Of a DNA stretch of 64,000 nt, positions 36,745 to 50,276 are shown piece by piece. The notes below the pieces were generated by a model. That model was not told where the DNA came from, did not search any database, and saw only the letters and a list, made by a program, of their open reading frames with translations. Made by a program: the position numbers and the translations under genes. How positions within the stretch are numbered: the stretch's first letter is position 1; each line of letters begins with the position of its first letter. The DNA is from Octopus sinensis (taxonomy: Eukaryota). The DNA lies in contig NC_042998.1 in the NCBI RefSeq assembly GCF_006345805.1, forward strand, positions 138,756,001 to 138,820,000. Reading direction: 5' to 3'.

Positions 36745-38547
36745 TATTAATATATATTATATCAAAGTTAATGTCTTTATGTGTGTTTGTGTGTTACTTA
36801 TACATTTGAAAACTGCTGCACTGAACCTATTGAAATTTGGATCACAAAATCACAACCTAGACAGAAGGGTAATGTTGTGTGTTTCATACAATTTCATGGA
36901 CAAAAATGACTGAATGGATCCTTATGATATTTGGAACTTAGATTCAATGCATAAGGGCGAGTATAATGCAATATGTTTGGTTTGAATTTCAGATGGCTTC
37001 AAGCGGGCAGAACCCCAATGAAAATTCAAATTTTCCGATGTTGATGAAATTTTAACCATGGGTAATTGACACACATCAAGAAGTATTCTCAAAGTTTCCA
37101 CTTCTCATAAGGATTCTAAGACCCCCTAATGGGGGCCTTAACTCCCAAATTTTAGACATTTCTTTTATGATTCAAAACTAGGTCAAAAGTACTGAATGGA
37201 TCTTTACGAAATTTGGGAATTATATTCTATGCGTAAAGGCCATAACTCCCATGACAATTCATATATTTTTGCTGTTGATGAAATTTTAACCATAGATATT
37301 AGATACGAATGAAGTAATAATTATTATAATTTCATCATCTTAGAAGTTAGAAAGACCCTTTCACGGGGACTTAACACCCACAATTTAGTCATTTTATCTA
37401 AGCAAAGACGAATACAGTTGTACTCTTGGAAGCTGTAGGGTCGCCCGAGCATAAAAATGAGCATTATTTGCAATTCAATGGTACAACAGAGTAAGAGTTT
37501 GCTTTGAGATATACTTTGATTGTGATTTCTGCAATGTGCTGCATAAATTGTCAAGTAAATGCGAGGCATCTTTGCCTCCACTGATTCAATTGCAAAGTGT
37601 TGAGTAATGTTATTTGGTTGTAGACATCCCTTCAGTCATTTTATTATAACTGCGTTACACATAGTCCCCAGATGGTAACATTGATTTCAAGGCCTTCCCG
37701 GATGAGTGACTGGTTATTCAAAGACATTTATAAATTGTAAATTTATTCTGTCCAGTTACATATCAGTATAGTGGTCATTTGCAAACTCCAGAGGTGACAC
37801 TTTCATTTCTCCTTAGCCCTCACGTCACACAGTTGTTAATGTCGATTTCAGTTGCGTGACGCCCTTCCAATTGCTATAGATCCATAATGCATCTTACGGT
37901 TGCGCCTGTCACCTGTATAGTGAGGAATCCTACATTGGGAGTGATAACGACTAGGGTACGGTAGCTGACTGCTTATTGTGATCATTCGTCTTTTGGTTTC
38001 CTGTAGCTTTGCTCTCTTTTACAAACCCAGTGAACATACATATATTTCCTATTTCAAAGAAATTCAAACAATAGATATAAGACCCAAGTTGAAAAGATTC
38101 TCAACAATTCAACTTCTCTGGTTGACATTAAGACACTCACCCCCAATAGGGGCCTTAACACCCACATTTTAGAGCCCCATGACCTTCATTTTGCAGGAGA
38201 AAATCCTTTTAACAGGTTCTATAAGACCGGAATTTTGGAATCTGCGCATAAAAATCAGTATTATGGGATACATGTGTCATGATTACAATTTTTTAGGGTG
38301 TGCAAAGAGGGAAATAACCTTCATCTGCAATTTTGATGAAATTCGAATCAATAGAAGTGACATTTTTGTGAATTTTCTATCCCAAACCCAATCAAAATGC
38401 CCGGAGCTTGATACGCCAATTGAATGCCAGCCAGCTGTATGTGATTGGTCGGAGATTTGGACAGTACTCGCGTGTATGTGCGCACGCACGCAGCTGTATT
38501 TGCATGCACTAGCATTATGACCCGGCGTTGTCGGGTCATAGTGCTAG
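36745..38547 (+). mobile_element. Fused H1/H2 Helitron (H1 5' part joined to H2 3' part)
   Basis: Junction gaaattcgAATCAatagaagtgac at 38346-38350. Ends with a hairpin and CTAG|T. Confidence 0.75.
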
Positions 38548-40814
38548 TACACACACACACACACACACATATATATGTTATGTATGTATATAAAATATAA
38601 ATTAAAGATAAACACTATTATGCAACTCAAACAGTGATAGACTTAAACCAAAGCATAAATAACAAATAATATATATATTTATAAAACATATAACTAGATC
38701 TCAAAAAGTATAAAAACGAATGATCAATTTTGGTAAAAAGTATTGATCATTCATTTTTATACTTTTTGAGATCTAGTTATATGTTTTATAAAAATATATA
38801 TTATTTGCGTTTCATGTTTTGGTTTATGTCAAAAGTATTTGCGAACAGGAAGCCGAGTGAATGGCATAAAGAGTGCCGTAAGGCTCTCTTGCTATATCAG
38901 CGCTCGGGCAACGCCAACCTTCCACACGGATTTTATATAGTGGGTTGGTAGAGTCTGAATACGACGATGGCCCAAGGGCGACTCTAGGGTCGAGTTTATT
39001 CAACTGGACAACCTGATTCACCGTACATTCGGGTTGGGAACGTTGGACAACTTCCAAATGTCCTTCACCTAGCAATGCTACAGAGATGCCTTGCCCGCTT
39101 GGGATAAGCTCGCAAGACACGGTAAACGTCGGTCGCCGACCTGTCCAAGATGAGGGGTGGCGGACAGGGAAACCGTCCCTCATGCTATTGTTCAGTGTCC
39201 GGAGATATCTGAAATGTGGGCTTATGCTGAACACCTGTTGTCCGGCGAAGGAAGAGTACAGCTGTCGACTGAGTCAATTATAAAAATTGACCCACCGGTA
39301 GTTTTAACGAACGAAGCTAAGAATTGCTTTCTCACAGTTGTAGCAACAGCGAAAGAGTCAGTATGGAAGACTAGGATAAAAGGAATTAAGACAGTCAACT
39401 TTATCTCTGGTCACAATTTACGATCATTATTTTCTTTTCATCTGAAAAGGACGGTGTGGCTGGAGAAAAGATGTCTGTCAGAGTGTACGTTCCAAAAGAG
39501 ATGGAAGCATGTTGCACGAGTGCTGTGCGTGCAAGGAACCGTGTGAATAGACGGAATAAAAAAAGAACAAAAAAGTTACCAGCGATAGATCGGGGCTTGT
39601 GGGGTCGGAGCGTGGCCTGGTCGTCGCTTCATTTGTGTTGTCGCTGTATTGTTAATTTTATTCGATTGTCTATATATCATACCGCAATACTGATCCCATC
39701 AGTTGTTCTGTCCATTTCTATGTTTAGACCTCGGTGAGCAATAAAGAGATTGGTATTTCGTCTGCCGCTACGTCCTGACTTCAAATTCCGCCGAGGTCGA
39801 CTTTGCCTTTCATCCTTTCGGGGTCGATTAAATAAATACCAGTCACGCACTGGGGTCGATTTCATCGACTTAATCCATCTGTCTGTCCTTGCTTGTCCCC
39901 TCTGTGTGTAGCCCCTTGTGGGCAGGCAGTAAAGAAATAACAAATTGACAAACCTAGATCAGTTCAATTATGTGGAAGAGAAATTTGAAAGTGTAAAGAC
40001 TTTTCACTGGTGTTTGTTGCAGAGAAAAATTCTAGCTTTAAGACAAAAGGATGTTAAAACGCCATTTAGCAAGCTCCGAGCGCTCCCTATTGGACTAGTG
40101 GATGCATTTCGATCTCGTTAGTTCTGCTCAGCACCAGATCTCAAGAGAGACAGCTCTGAGACGGAAAGACACCTTTGCTTCCTTTATCGTAAATCAGTCA
40201 TAATTATTGACCAACTAGCTTAAAAGCCTCACTCCTTGCGGACTTTCAAGCTGACTCCCGCTAAGAGCTAACTGGGCCGCAGGCCCAAAACTGAACAGCG
40301 AAATAATAATAAAGCATTTATTGGTATCCTACCGTCTCAGATTTATATCACAGAGTATCGCATTTGGAAAATTTTGTATCAATGTAACATTTGGAGATCA
40401 TTGTAAAGCAGTAGGATAAACAATATTCTTGATTCTACCATTTGGTGTGACCATGAAGAGATTGTTGCCATTTCCAACTCTGGAACAACCAATATAGATC
40501 TGATCATGGGAAAGCACCGCTGCATGAGGTGAAGTCCAAAAATTTTCAGTTATTGAATTTTCAGTCTCTTGGAATTCTTGGAATAAACACATTTTCTCCT
40601 TCTCCTTGTCCGCTGAGGATTGTTGCTTCCAAATGATGTGGATGCATTTGCCTGACAATCAGCCTTGTTCCATATATATATACGTTTGTATGTATGTAAG
40701 TATGTATGTATGTGTGTGTGTGCGTGTGTGTGTGTGTATGTGTGAGAGAGATGGAGAGAGAGAGAGAGAGAGAGAGTATACATGGGTACATGCCTATATA
40801 TTTTATTTTTGCAG

Positions 40815-40946
40815 CAAAATGCCCACAACTTGAAAATTCTATTCTGTCGATGGAGTTGGAGTCTTGTAAAAGTCTATATTACCAAACTGACAACGTGGGA
40901 AATCTCAAATGTGACGGAGATAGATTTGATAAAGAATATTTAAAAA
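40815..40946 (+). CDS. Copy B exon 2
   Basis: 132 nt, phase 1-1, same peptide as 20367-20498. Confidence 0.65.
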
Positions 40947-42262
40947 GTAAGTTAGCTTTTATTACCATTTATTTTTTGTCATTCGCTTGGCTATATTTCA
41001 ATTATACAGTGTTGACCAACTTCGAGATGTATATAACTCTGAATAAGGCAAACACATTGTTTCAAATGAGAAAATTTAAGATCAGAACTGAAAGGCACTC
41101 CATCGAACTGGAAGAGTGTTATTTAGTACGATTTCCAGACACGAAATAATGACCCCCCTAAGCCAGTTGGTATTCCATGAATTTACCAATAATGATTCGT
41201 CTTTTTAAAATTGATCTAAACAATGTTACTTTTTTATTACAAAGATAAATACAGATATATCCAATATCATCCCTCATAAATTCTGGATTTATTAAAATTA
41301 TCTCCGCCGGAAGAGGATGTTTTATAATAATCAAATAGCAATTATGGACAGTTTCACTTTGAAAGGGAAGACAATCTAAACAGTGAAGAATTCTCCAGTG
41401 TTGACATCAGTAAGGAAAAGGTCTGGCTTATAATCTGAAAATAAGTGGAAAGATGATGTATGTTTCTGGCTCAGTAGCCTTCGTCGGCACGACAGTTGTC
41501 TAACCTTATTCCCAGAAGCTAAGGAGCTTAGACTTACGCGATTTACATAATTTTTATGCTAGACGATTACAAATATTAAGTGAGATGTAGGCAACTTGCC
41601 GGCAGAAACTTTAGTACGCCGGGAAAATTGCTTCGCGGCATTCTGACTGTCTTTACGTTCTGAGTTCAAATTCCGCCGAGGTCGACTTTGCCTTATCCTT
41701 TTAGAGTCGATAAAATAGGTACCAATTGAACATTGGGGTCGATTTAAAAGACTATCTCCTTCTCAGAATTGCTGACCTTGTGCCAAAATTTGAAACTAAT
41801 ATTAATTGAGATGAGGGGCGGCGAGCTGACAGGATAGTTTGAACGGCGGGCGAAACGCTTAGCAGCATTTCGTCCGTCTGCACGTTCTGATTTCAAATTC
41901 CACCGATTCGATAAAATAAGTACCAGTTGAGTACTGGAGTCAATGTAACCGACTTAGTCCCTTGACGGAAAGAATACAAAATTAAAACTATGCTTAAAAA
42001 TGACACTGGAAAATGACATAGATTTAAGAATAACTAATTCGAAGCAAATATGTAATAGTTGAAATAATTATGTAAATTTGTGTAGAGTATAATTTTACTG
42101 GAGTGAAAATGTAATATAGTGAAGTTATGTATTGGTTTAACATTCTGGCACAAAGCCAGCAATATAGCGGAGGGTCTAAGTCAATGAAAAAATTTACATT
42201 ACTAGTACTTTTGATTTTTTTAACAATAATAATCTGGATTATTCTTTCCTTTTTCTTCGAAG

Positions 42263-42492
42263 TTCAAATTAAAAATTGTTCACAATCAACTGCTCCCAAA
42301 CCTTCCAGAGAATGTAACTCCAGTTATGATTCAGATAAAGCAACAGAATGGACAACAGACGAGGAGGGCCCAGGAGCTTGGATTAAATTCTATTTCGATG
42401 CTGTCTACTCAATATCTAGAATATCATTGTATCAAAGGAGTGGCTGTTGGGAGCAGATAGAAAATATAACCGTTAAAACTGACAACGTACAA
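42263..42492 (+). CDS. Copy B exon 3, F5/8-type domain N-half
   Basis: 230 nt with the same splice sites; TTDEEG variant. Confidence 0.8.
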
Positions 42493-42626
42493 GTAGGTTT
42501 TCTTTTCTATTTCTTTTTATAATTCGCAACACGAAAACAGCAGTTAGATATGCATATATACAAACATTCAAACATACATACATACATACATACATACATA
42601 CATACATACATACATACATACATACA

Positions 42627-42660
<34 letters not shown>

Positions 42661-43225
42661 CATACACACACACATATGGTAAATGAAAGACGGAAGATGG
42701 AATATACAAGAAATTTTATTAATCACGACAATTGTTTCAACACATCTAGCATCGGTCCCTCACAGGTGGGACGCTTAACAACTGATTCAGGAGCATCCGG
42801 CGGTGCCGATGTGTCTCATCGGGTGATAAATAGATATAACTCGTTAAAATAACAGTTCCGCAATTTATCTTCTCATTTCATAGAAAGAAAAGCCAGCAAA
42901 ACAAAGGATATATCTTCAGTTATTTACAGGGTCAAAAATAAAATAACAGATTCAAAAAAGAAATAAACACGCAATACAGAAAGAAAAGTATTAAAAATAA
43001 CCGTTAACAGATATGGATGTATAAATGCCCTCGCGCAAGCTGCATGGCGCGTGTATACTGGGTCATGCAAGCATCCACGAAAATGTAAGCATACGCACAC
43101 GTGTGGTTTGGTGCACACACATTCGTATAGCAAATATCTAGCTTGGTGTTTATAAGAGTGGGGAGGTTACGACTAAAATTAATTCATCTATACCCTAAAG
43201 TAAATTGTGTGTGTGTATACTCGTG

Positions 43226-43263
<38 letters not shown>

Positions 43264-43823
43264 AACTTCTATGCTGAAGTAGAGACATGTTTTTATCTAT
43301 CTCCTTACTTCTTGGAGATTTTTAGGTCTAATTATACTAATGTGTCCATCTGTTCTAATTTAATTAAATTCTATGTCTTTGTGCAGCTGAAGATTGCTCT
43401 ACATTTAACTAAGAACACAATATAATGTAACCAGTATACATGAAATATAAAGCTGTTGAAGATTAAATTCTGTATATTCTACACCTCAAAGGGCCATTTT
43501 CATAAATGATCAATACCTCTTGTTTAAAGAAAACATATAAGCTTTATTGGATTCATGTTATAGTGACGAAAACAAATTTACCTTCCTTCGCCTTCACTGA
43601 TCTGCAACATCTACATGTATTCAGCCGATAAAACCTTACTTTATACAAAATTCTTTGTGTTGTACTTATGGGACATAATACAAAAGAAAGCCATCCAACG
43701 GACTGGCAACAGTCCATTAACTGACACATAAGATGTAATATTTAGTGTGCTGTATACTTTCTCTCCCATTTCTATTGTCACAATTGCCTGTGTTTCTTAA
43801 ATGTATCTTATTTTTCTCCTCAG

Positions 43824-44016
43824 GTCAGATTTAAATTGACAAAAAACAACATGACCGATTACCTAGACACCAATGTATACAATGACATTTTAAAATTACC
43901 GCCTAATGTATTGAGTAATTACGTGGAAATACAAGTGAACAGCGTGTATTCTAAATGTGAAGGTCGATTAGCAAAAGAAAATGTTGGTTTGAGAGAAATA
44001 TCGTTTCTTGGATTCG
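43824..44016 (+). CDS. Copy B exon 4, F5/8-type domain C-half
   Basis: 193 nt, same peptide and splice sites as copy A. Confidence 0.8.
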
Positions 44017-44341
44017 GTAAGAATAGACAGTTGTTTATGTTAATGTAGTTTTATATATCTAATTAATGTGTTAATTACTCATTATTTTCTTTCAGATCTC
44101 ATTTGTGCTTACGTTTATTACAAATTAATAAAAAAATGAAAAATGGAAATATACATGTTCCTTAATCAAAAGCAAGATGAGTGCGTTGAAAAAATTAATT
44201 AAATTTCCAATTGTGGGTAATCGAAAGTCAGATGCGTGCTTCAAGTCCTGTGATGAGCCATACATCTCTTTTCCGTCCGAGAGTGGTTTTGTTCTTATAT
44301 ATATATCTATTTTCTATATATGTAAACATACATCTACCCAA

Positions 44342-44383
<42 letters not shown>

Positions 44384-44497
44384 TATATATATAATATAAT
44401 TTCGTAATAAGATAAAAAACCAAGGCTGTGCAGATTTTAGAATATTTATAGATAGAATGTCTTACAGCTGTTTCCAGGATATTTATTATATCCCTTC

Positions 44498-44568
<71 letters not shown>

Positions 44569-45235
44569 GCTTAGAGACCGGTATTCTCTATATAGAATAC
44601 ACTTCGTAGTGCTCAAGAAATTTAAATAAATTAAATAGAAAAATGTATATATGAAATTAATAGTTATCGCCATACTAATATGGCAGTCTTATAAATATAA
44701 GACTAAAGCTGTCGCTTATTAGCTCCATGAGGCCATCGCCTTAAGCTAGCTATTTGACACACAAACTGCGTCCATTATAAACCTTCGAACAAGGGAGGTC
44801 AGCCGCTTCATCCTGCCAGTCAGACAGCTACAGACGACGTTTCAAGGTTGTTGCCTTTTTTCAGTAGCGACACCTGCAAGTCTGACTACGCTGCATTGAT
44901 AAGGGCAACAACCCTGAAACGTCGTCTGTAGCTGTCTGCCTGGCAGGATGAAGCGGCTGACCTCCCTTGTTCGAAGGTTTATAATGGACGCAGTTTGTGT
45001 GTCAAATAGCTAGCTTAAGGCCTCATGGAGCTAATCAGCGCCAGCTTTAGTCTTATATATATAAGACTGCCATATTAGTATGGCGATAACTATTAATTCC
45101 CAGTAACGCTGCCGTAATCTCTTTTAGAGAGACTTAGTAATTTTAATATTTCTATTATTGTAAACAAGTGGATGTATTCCACCGAAACTAGGTAAATAAA
45201 GCCTTCGAACTGGGACGATCAGTAGCGACACCTGC

Positions 45236-46960
45236 TTTTTGAATTTTGGTGTAGGATATTTAGGATTACGTTATTGGTGTGTAGCTGTACTTTTTTGGCG
45301 TCGGAAAAATTTTGACTACGTTATTGTAGTGTCGCGGTTCGTGAGATCGAATCCGGTGGTGGAAGTTGTTACGGCGTGGTGAAGTTTTTGAGATTTTTTC
45401 TCGAAAATGGAAACCCAGACGTATGCGGGTGCAGCAGGCAAGGGCCTGGTTGCGAACGAATTGCAGTTAGAAGAAGTCATCGTCGAGAGGGAGACGTTGA
45501 ACAAGTATTTCGACAGCTTGAAGAGGGTGGGTGACTGTGTGAAGGTCACACCACCCGAAGAAGAAGCGGAAGAAGCGGAGAAACGGATTATAACGTACAA
45601 AACGTGGAGCGTGACTTCAAAGAAAATAGAAGTGGCACCGATGGAGGAAATTGAATGCTGTCTTAAAGGAATAGAAGGAGAGTCTACCTACTACAACAGA
45701 GGTAGAAAGTTCGCAACGGTGGTCGTTCACTTTAAAAGTGAAGACGAGGCGAAGAAGAACGCAACGAAAATTTTAAAAACAGAAAAATGGGTGTGTTTAC
45801 CAAGCTACTGCGGGAAAAGGGCAGTAAGAATAAGAATAAGTAAGATTTCGCCGGAACTAAATATGGAAAGGATTTTAGCAGCAGTGGTGTTTAACTGCAA
45901 AGAAAACGTGGAAATATTGAAAGTCGAAAAATCAAAAGATGTAAAGTGGTGGGGTTATGCAGTGCAGGCGTTGGTCCACATTACAGTGCCTGACCTGTAT
46001 AACATCCCGGAGGAGTTGGTGTTCCCCGACGAGACACGTCTCAGAGTCGTGGGGGAGAGGAGACCCCCAGGGTGTTACAAATGCAAAATAAGAGGCCACA
46101 TGAAGGATGTGTGTCCGCTGGGAGAAGTGCGGGAGAAAACGATAGCACTGGAGACTTTAACGAATGAGTTGCAAGATGAGTGTGTGGAGGAGGAAATCGT
46201 CACTACAGATAATGTGGAAAGTGGTGAAGAGTTGGAGAAAGAAAATAGAAAAAGAACGCGGGTGGAATCACCACCTAAAGAACAAAAAAAGAAGAAGAAA
46301 AAAGCGAAAAACAAGATTACTGACGAGAAGGAAAACCGAACGGGAGAAGAGGATACAAAAGCAGAAGTGAGTGAACCGGTAAAACTAACAGCAGAGGAAG
46401 AATGGGACAGAAGAATGAAAGAGCAGTTGAAAGCTTGTAAGAGAGGAGGAAGACCCAAGGGAAAGAAACACAGAGTGGTAATGTTATACGACAAGGACAA
46501 AAATACGGAAAAGATGTTGGCAAGTAGGAAAGGCTTAATTAGAGTAAAGTTGAACCCAGAAATATATGATGACCTGTGGAAGGCGGTAATCGTGGAGAAA
46601 GAGACAGTGCAGAAAATGACATATGATTATAGAATATTTGAATGGTTATATGTACGTTATGACACCTTACCAGCTATTGTGGATCAGGAGAGCTTAATAG
46701 AGTATATAACAGATGAAGAACCAGGCATTACAGACGAGCGCCCGACGTAGCAGAGTAATATATGTAATTGTAAAATTGTAAACTGTAAAATTGTATTTTA
46801 AATGAAACTGCAAGTTTTGGGGGGCTCGTAAGCCGTTCCATCTAATCCATTATAAATATCCATTTCAATTCATAATTTTCGATTTTTTTACTTTATGTAC
46901 CCCACGTCCTGTTTGTAATGTCCCCTCTTAATTCGGGCCTTAGTGCCTATAATAAAGATT
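45236..46960 (+). mobile_element. ORF1-only (HAL1-like) L1/Tx1-type element, copy B, intact, 1725 bp
   Basis: 17-bp direct repeats at 45219-45235 and 46961-46977. ~170-nt 5' UTR, one ORF, ~210-nt 3' UTR ending AATAAAGATT. No RT or endonuclease. Confidence 0.78.
45407..46750 (+). CDS. 447-aa LINE ORF1/gag-like nucleic-acid-binding protein (RRM-like segments, CCHC knuckle, charged tail)
   Basis: TYAGAA N-terminus, FATVVVHFKSEDEAKK (RRM-like), CYKCKIRGHMKDVC (CX2CX4HX4C), KKKKKKAK basic patch. The frame is uninterrupted. Confidence 0.8.
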   Translation: METQTYAGAAGKGLVANELQLEEVIVERETLNKYFDSLKRVGDCVKVTPPEEEAEEAEKRIITYKTWSVTSKKIEVAPMEEIECCLKGIEGESTYYNRGRKFATVVVHFKSEDEAKKNATKILKTEKWVCLPSYCGKRAVRIRISKISPELNMERILAAVVFNCKENVEILKVEKSKDVKWWGYAVQALVHITVPDLYNIPEELVFPDETRLRVVGERRPPGCYKCKIRGHMKDVCPLGEVREKTIALETLTNELQDECVEEEIVTTDNVESGEELEKENRKRTRVESPPKEQKKKKKKAKNKITDEKENRTGEEDTKAEVSEPVKLTAEEEWDRRMKEQLKACKRGGRPKGKKHRVVMLYDKDKNTEKMLASRKGLIRVKLNPEIYDDLWKAVIVEKETVQKMTYDYRIFEWLYVRYDTLPAIVDQESLIEYITDEEPGITDERPT

Positions 46961-47264
46961 TCAGTAGCGACACCTGCAAGTCTGACTACGCTTCATTGAT
47001 AAGGGGCAACAACCCTGAAACGTCGTCTGTAGCTGCCTGACTGGCAGGATGAAGCGGCTGACCTCCCTTGTTCGAAGGTTTATAATGGACGCAGTTTGTG
47101 TGTCAAATAGCTAGCTTAAGGCGATGGCCTCATGGAGCTAATCAGCGCCAGCTTTAGTCTTATATTTATAAGACTGCCATATTAGTATGGCGATAACTAT
47201 TAATTTCCAGTAACGCTGCCGTAATCTCTTTTAGAGAGACTTAGTAATTTTAATATTTCTATTA

Positions 47265-50125
47265 ATGTATATATGTTTACATATAAAAAGGTCCGAATTA
47301 CACACAATGGAAATTATATCAGGAATTAAAGGGGTTGAATAAGAGTTTTATGTGTCCAACAGCTGTTTTGGGGGCTTGGTAATCCAGAATAATGATTGTA
47401 AATTGATTCCATTATCGGATAATACCAGCCTCCGTCTTCTAGGAAGAATTCTACATTTGAGGTGTTGACAGAATGGAGTTTAAAGATGGCATAATTTTGT
47501 GGAGAACTAAGTGTATTAGAAAGGGAAGTTGTGGGGTATTTAGACAAAGATTAGTGGGAGAAGGAAATACATTTCAGGGTTAGGATTAATGATGAGGTGG
47601 AAAGTGAGAGGAAGAAGGAAGGTTGTTTTTGGTAGTATGTGAATGGTGACGTTTGTGTTTATTTGTATGAGAGCTATAGCGTTAAAGGTTGAGATAGTGA
47701 AAATGGGGATGGCTATTATTTGAAAGTTGACTGGTTCAGTGGTTGAGGGAGATTAGTAAGGTGTGTAAAGAGGAATGAGAGATGGAGGGGGGATAGAGTG
47801 GGGATGAGATGGTGGTCAAAATGTGATTATTTGTGGGACAAAGGAATTGGGTCAGTATTGAAGGTGAGGTGTTATGGTAAAGAGAAGTGTATGAAATTGA
47901 ATAGAGGGGTGTGAATATGGAAGGGGTAGATGTAGATTGGTTAGTTTTCGAAGGAGTGAAGTACTGTCAAGTAGATTTTTTTTAAACTGGGGAGAGAGGA
48001 GAGGTTAAGAGTGAAGTGGGAAGGAGTTGATTTGAAGAATTTGGAAGCAATTGGAAAAGTGTGTAGGAGAAAGACTAAGAGGGGGAGGAGTAGTATTTTT
48101 TAAGTAGTAGGCTGTTAGGATGACTTTGTCTTAATTTAAGTTTTTTTGGATATGGAAACTTATCATGGGATTACATAGAATTAGCAAAGTGCGTGAAAGA
48201 TGAGTAGTAGTACTTGTGTTTACAAGAATAAATGACATCTGAGAATCTATTAAGTAATGAGGAGTTATGAAGGCGAAGAATGGTTAATGATTCTTTTAGA
48301 CATAAATTTCACTTGCCGATGTTTGCATTGTAAAAGGGAACTTTTACTATGGACCAGGATAGGGCGTATGGACCAGGATAGGGCGTATGGAATATTTTGA
48401 GATTTAAAGTTGTGTACATACGTTGCTAAGGAGGTTGATAAATTAGAATTTGGATTGGAGAAAGAGTTCATGTGTGCACGGTAGCACACATGGACTCGAA
48501 ATCTACGGTGCCGCCGATATATGTCCTTGTTTGGTGGGAGCATGGTGTTATAACACGGTACTTGTAGATTACATGTTTGCGTAGACAGAAGACTGCAAGA
48601 GGGCAAAATTGAGAGACACGACAATTGCAAGTTTTCCTACAAGTTCCACGGTTGGGGTTTACTGCTAGTGAGGTTGAGCTTCGTTTGTTCATTGCTAGTG
48701 GGGGAGAACCTGAAAGGTAATCTGTATTTGTATTAGATTGGGAAATGGTATTGCAGCTAGTATTTGTCGTTGCGTGGGTAGGATTGTGGGATGATGCTTG
48801 AGTATTCTATCGTTTAATTGAGTGGGATTACTAAGGGTTGTGTTATTGCTACTATGTGGGTAACTTGGGATGCAGTGTGAGAGTTTAGATGTTCAGAGTA
48901 CTGGTGTTGGAATTTGTGTTTGTTCGAAGAGGCGATTATGGATCGAAAATTAGGTGTGGTGGAGTAGGAGATTTTCACGGATGATTTGTTAAATATGGGA
49001 TAGTATTTATGCTGTGATAGAAAGTTAGATTTCAAGATTTTAAAGAAGAGTTTAGGTAGATATTTAAGTTGGAGAGAGAAAGGTGGTGCGAACCATAAGA
49101 TTTCCGGCTACCTGGCCTTAGAATGTTTAGAGTATATGGCTGAAGTGAGTTGATCAGGAAGGGATGCTTGTAGCTGTTATAGGCTCGGGGTCGCCAGTAG
49201 GGCGGCCGAGTGTGATGTGTAAGGGTTTTTTAGAGTTGTTGGATTGGTGTAGAGTGAAAGTAGTGTCCGTAGATTCAGGGTTAGTATTGGGAAAGAGATG
49301 TGTTATTTTAGTTTTAAGTTTAGTGTTGGGGGTATGATAGTTTTTTTCGTGGTAGCCGCTTATTTGGTTAAAATTTTCTTCGTTAGCAGATAAGTTAGAG
49401 ATTCTGATAGCCATGATTGTGATTACGCTACTAAAAGTAAGTTTAGAGTGATTAAAGAGGACATTTATATATTGTAAAGATTGATTGGGTTTATCAAAAG
49501 GGTGATATAGATTTGTGTTTAAGTTGAAAGTAACGTCTTGGAAACTAGCCCCCTTAGTGTCAATTTCGAATGAAATACTCAGGTTATAGTTTTCAAAAAA
49601 AATGTATGGGATTTCCTTGATGCATTCCACTGACGGTCGAGATGATCCAGTTGATGAAAGGAGTGCATCGCCCCTGTATAATCCACTGGAGAGGTTGGGG
49701 AAATATTGTTTAATTTGGGGGAGAAGGAATCGGTCAATTAAGTTATGCGCCCATGGTTATATCGAAGAAATCCGTAGATGAGTTGCAGGTTCAATTATTA
49801 TCCTTAAAATGAATCAGAGTTTTCTTTGTAGCTAGGATGATATTGATATCCGATAGGGAGGTGGGAGCATATTTTCGGGTGAAGATTAAGGCTTTATTTA
49901 AGAGAATTGGTGATATAGAGGAATAATAATTTGAAATGTCAAAGTGAAGGATATGGTTGTGTTGTTTCTCATGAAGAGAGTGAAACCAAGTGATGACGTC
50001 TCCTGTGCAATTTCAGAGCGGAAGCTTGACGTTAACCCTAACTAGGGGTAGAATACGGTCAATAATGCATTTATTAATTCGACCTAAGTTGGATTTAGTG
50101 GCGCAAATTAACACAAAAGTCATGG
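47265..50125 (-). mobile_element. Penelope-like element, copy B (retains the RT catalytic region)
   Basis: GLYRGDAL (degenerate YRDD), ASFQDVTFNLNTNLYHPFDKPNQSLQYINVLFNH, and GIY-YIG remnants. Confidence 0.87.
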
Positions 50126-50240
50126 TTCACATATTACCTTAGCCACCCTTCCCTCTTCCTCCCGTCTTCCACTTCAGTCAAAATGACTGAAACAAGTAAA
50201 ATAATAGAAGAGTATAAGAAAAAGGAATATATATATGCAT

Positions 50241-50276
<36 letters not shown>

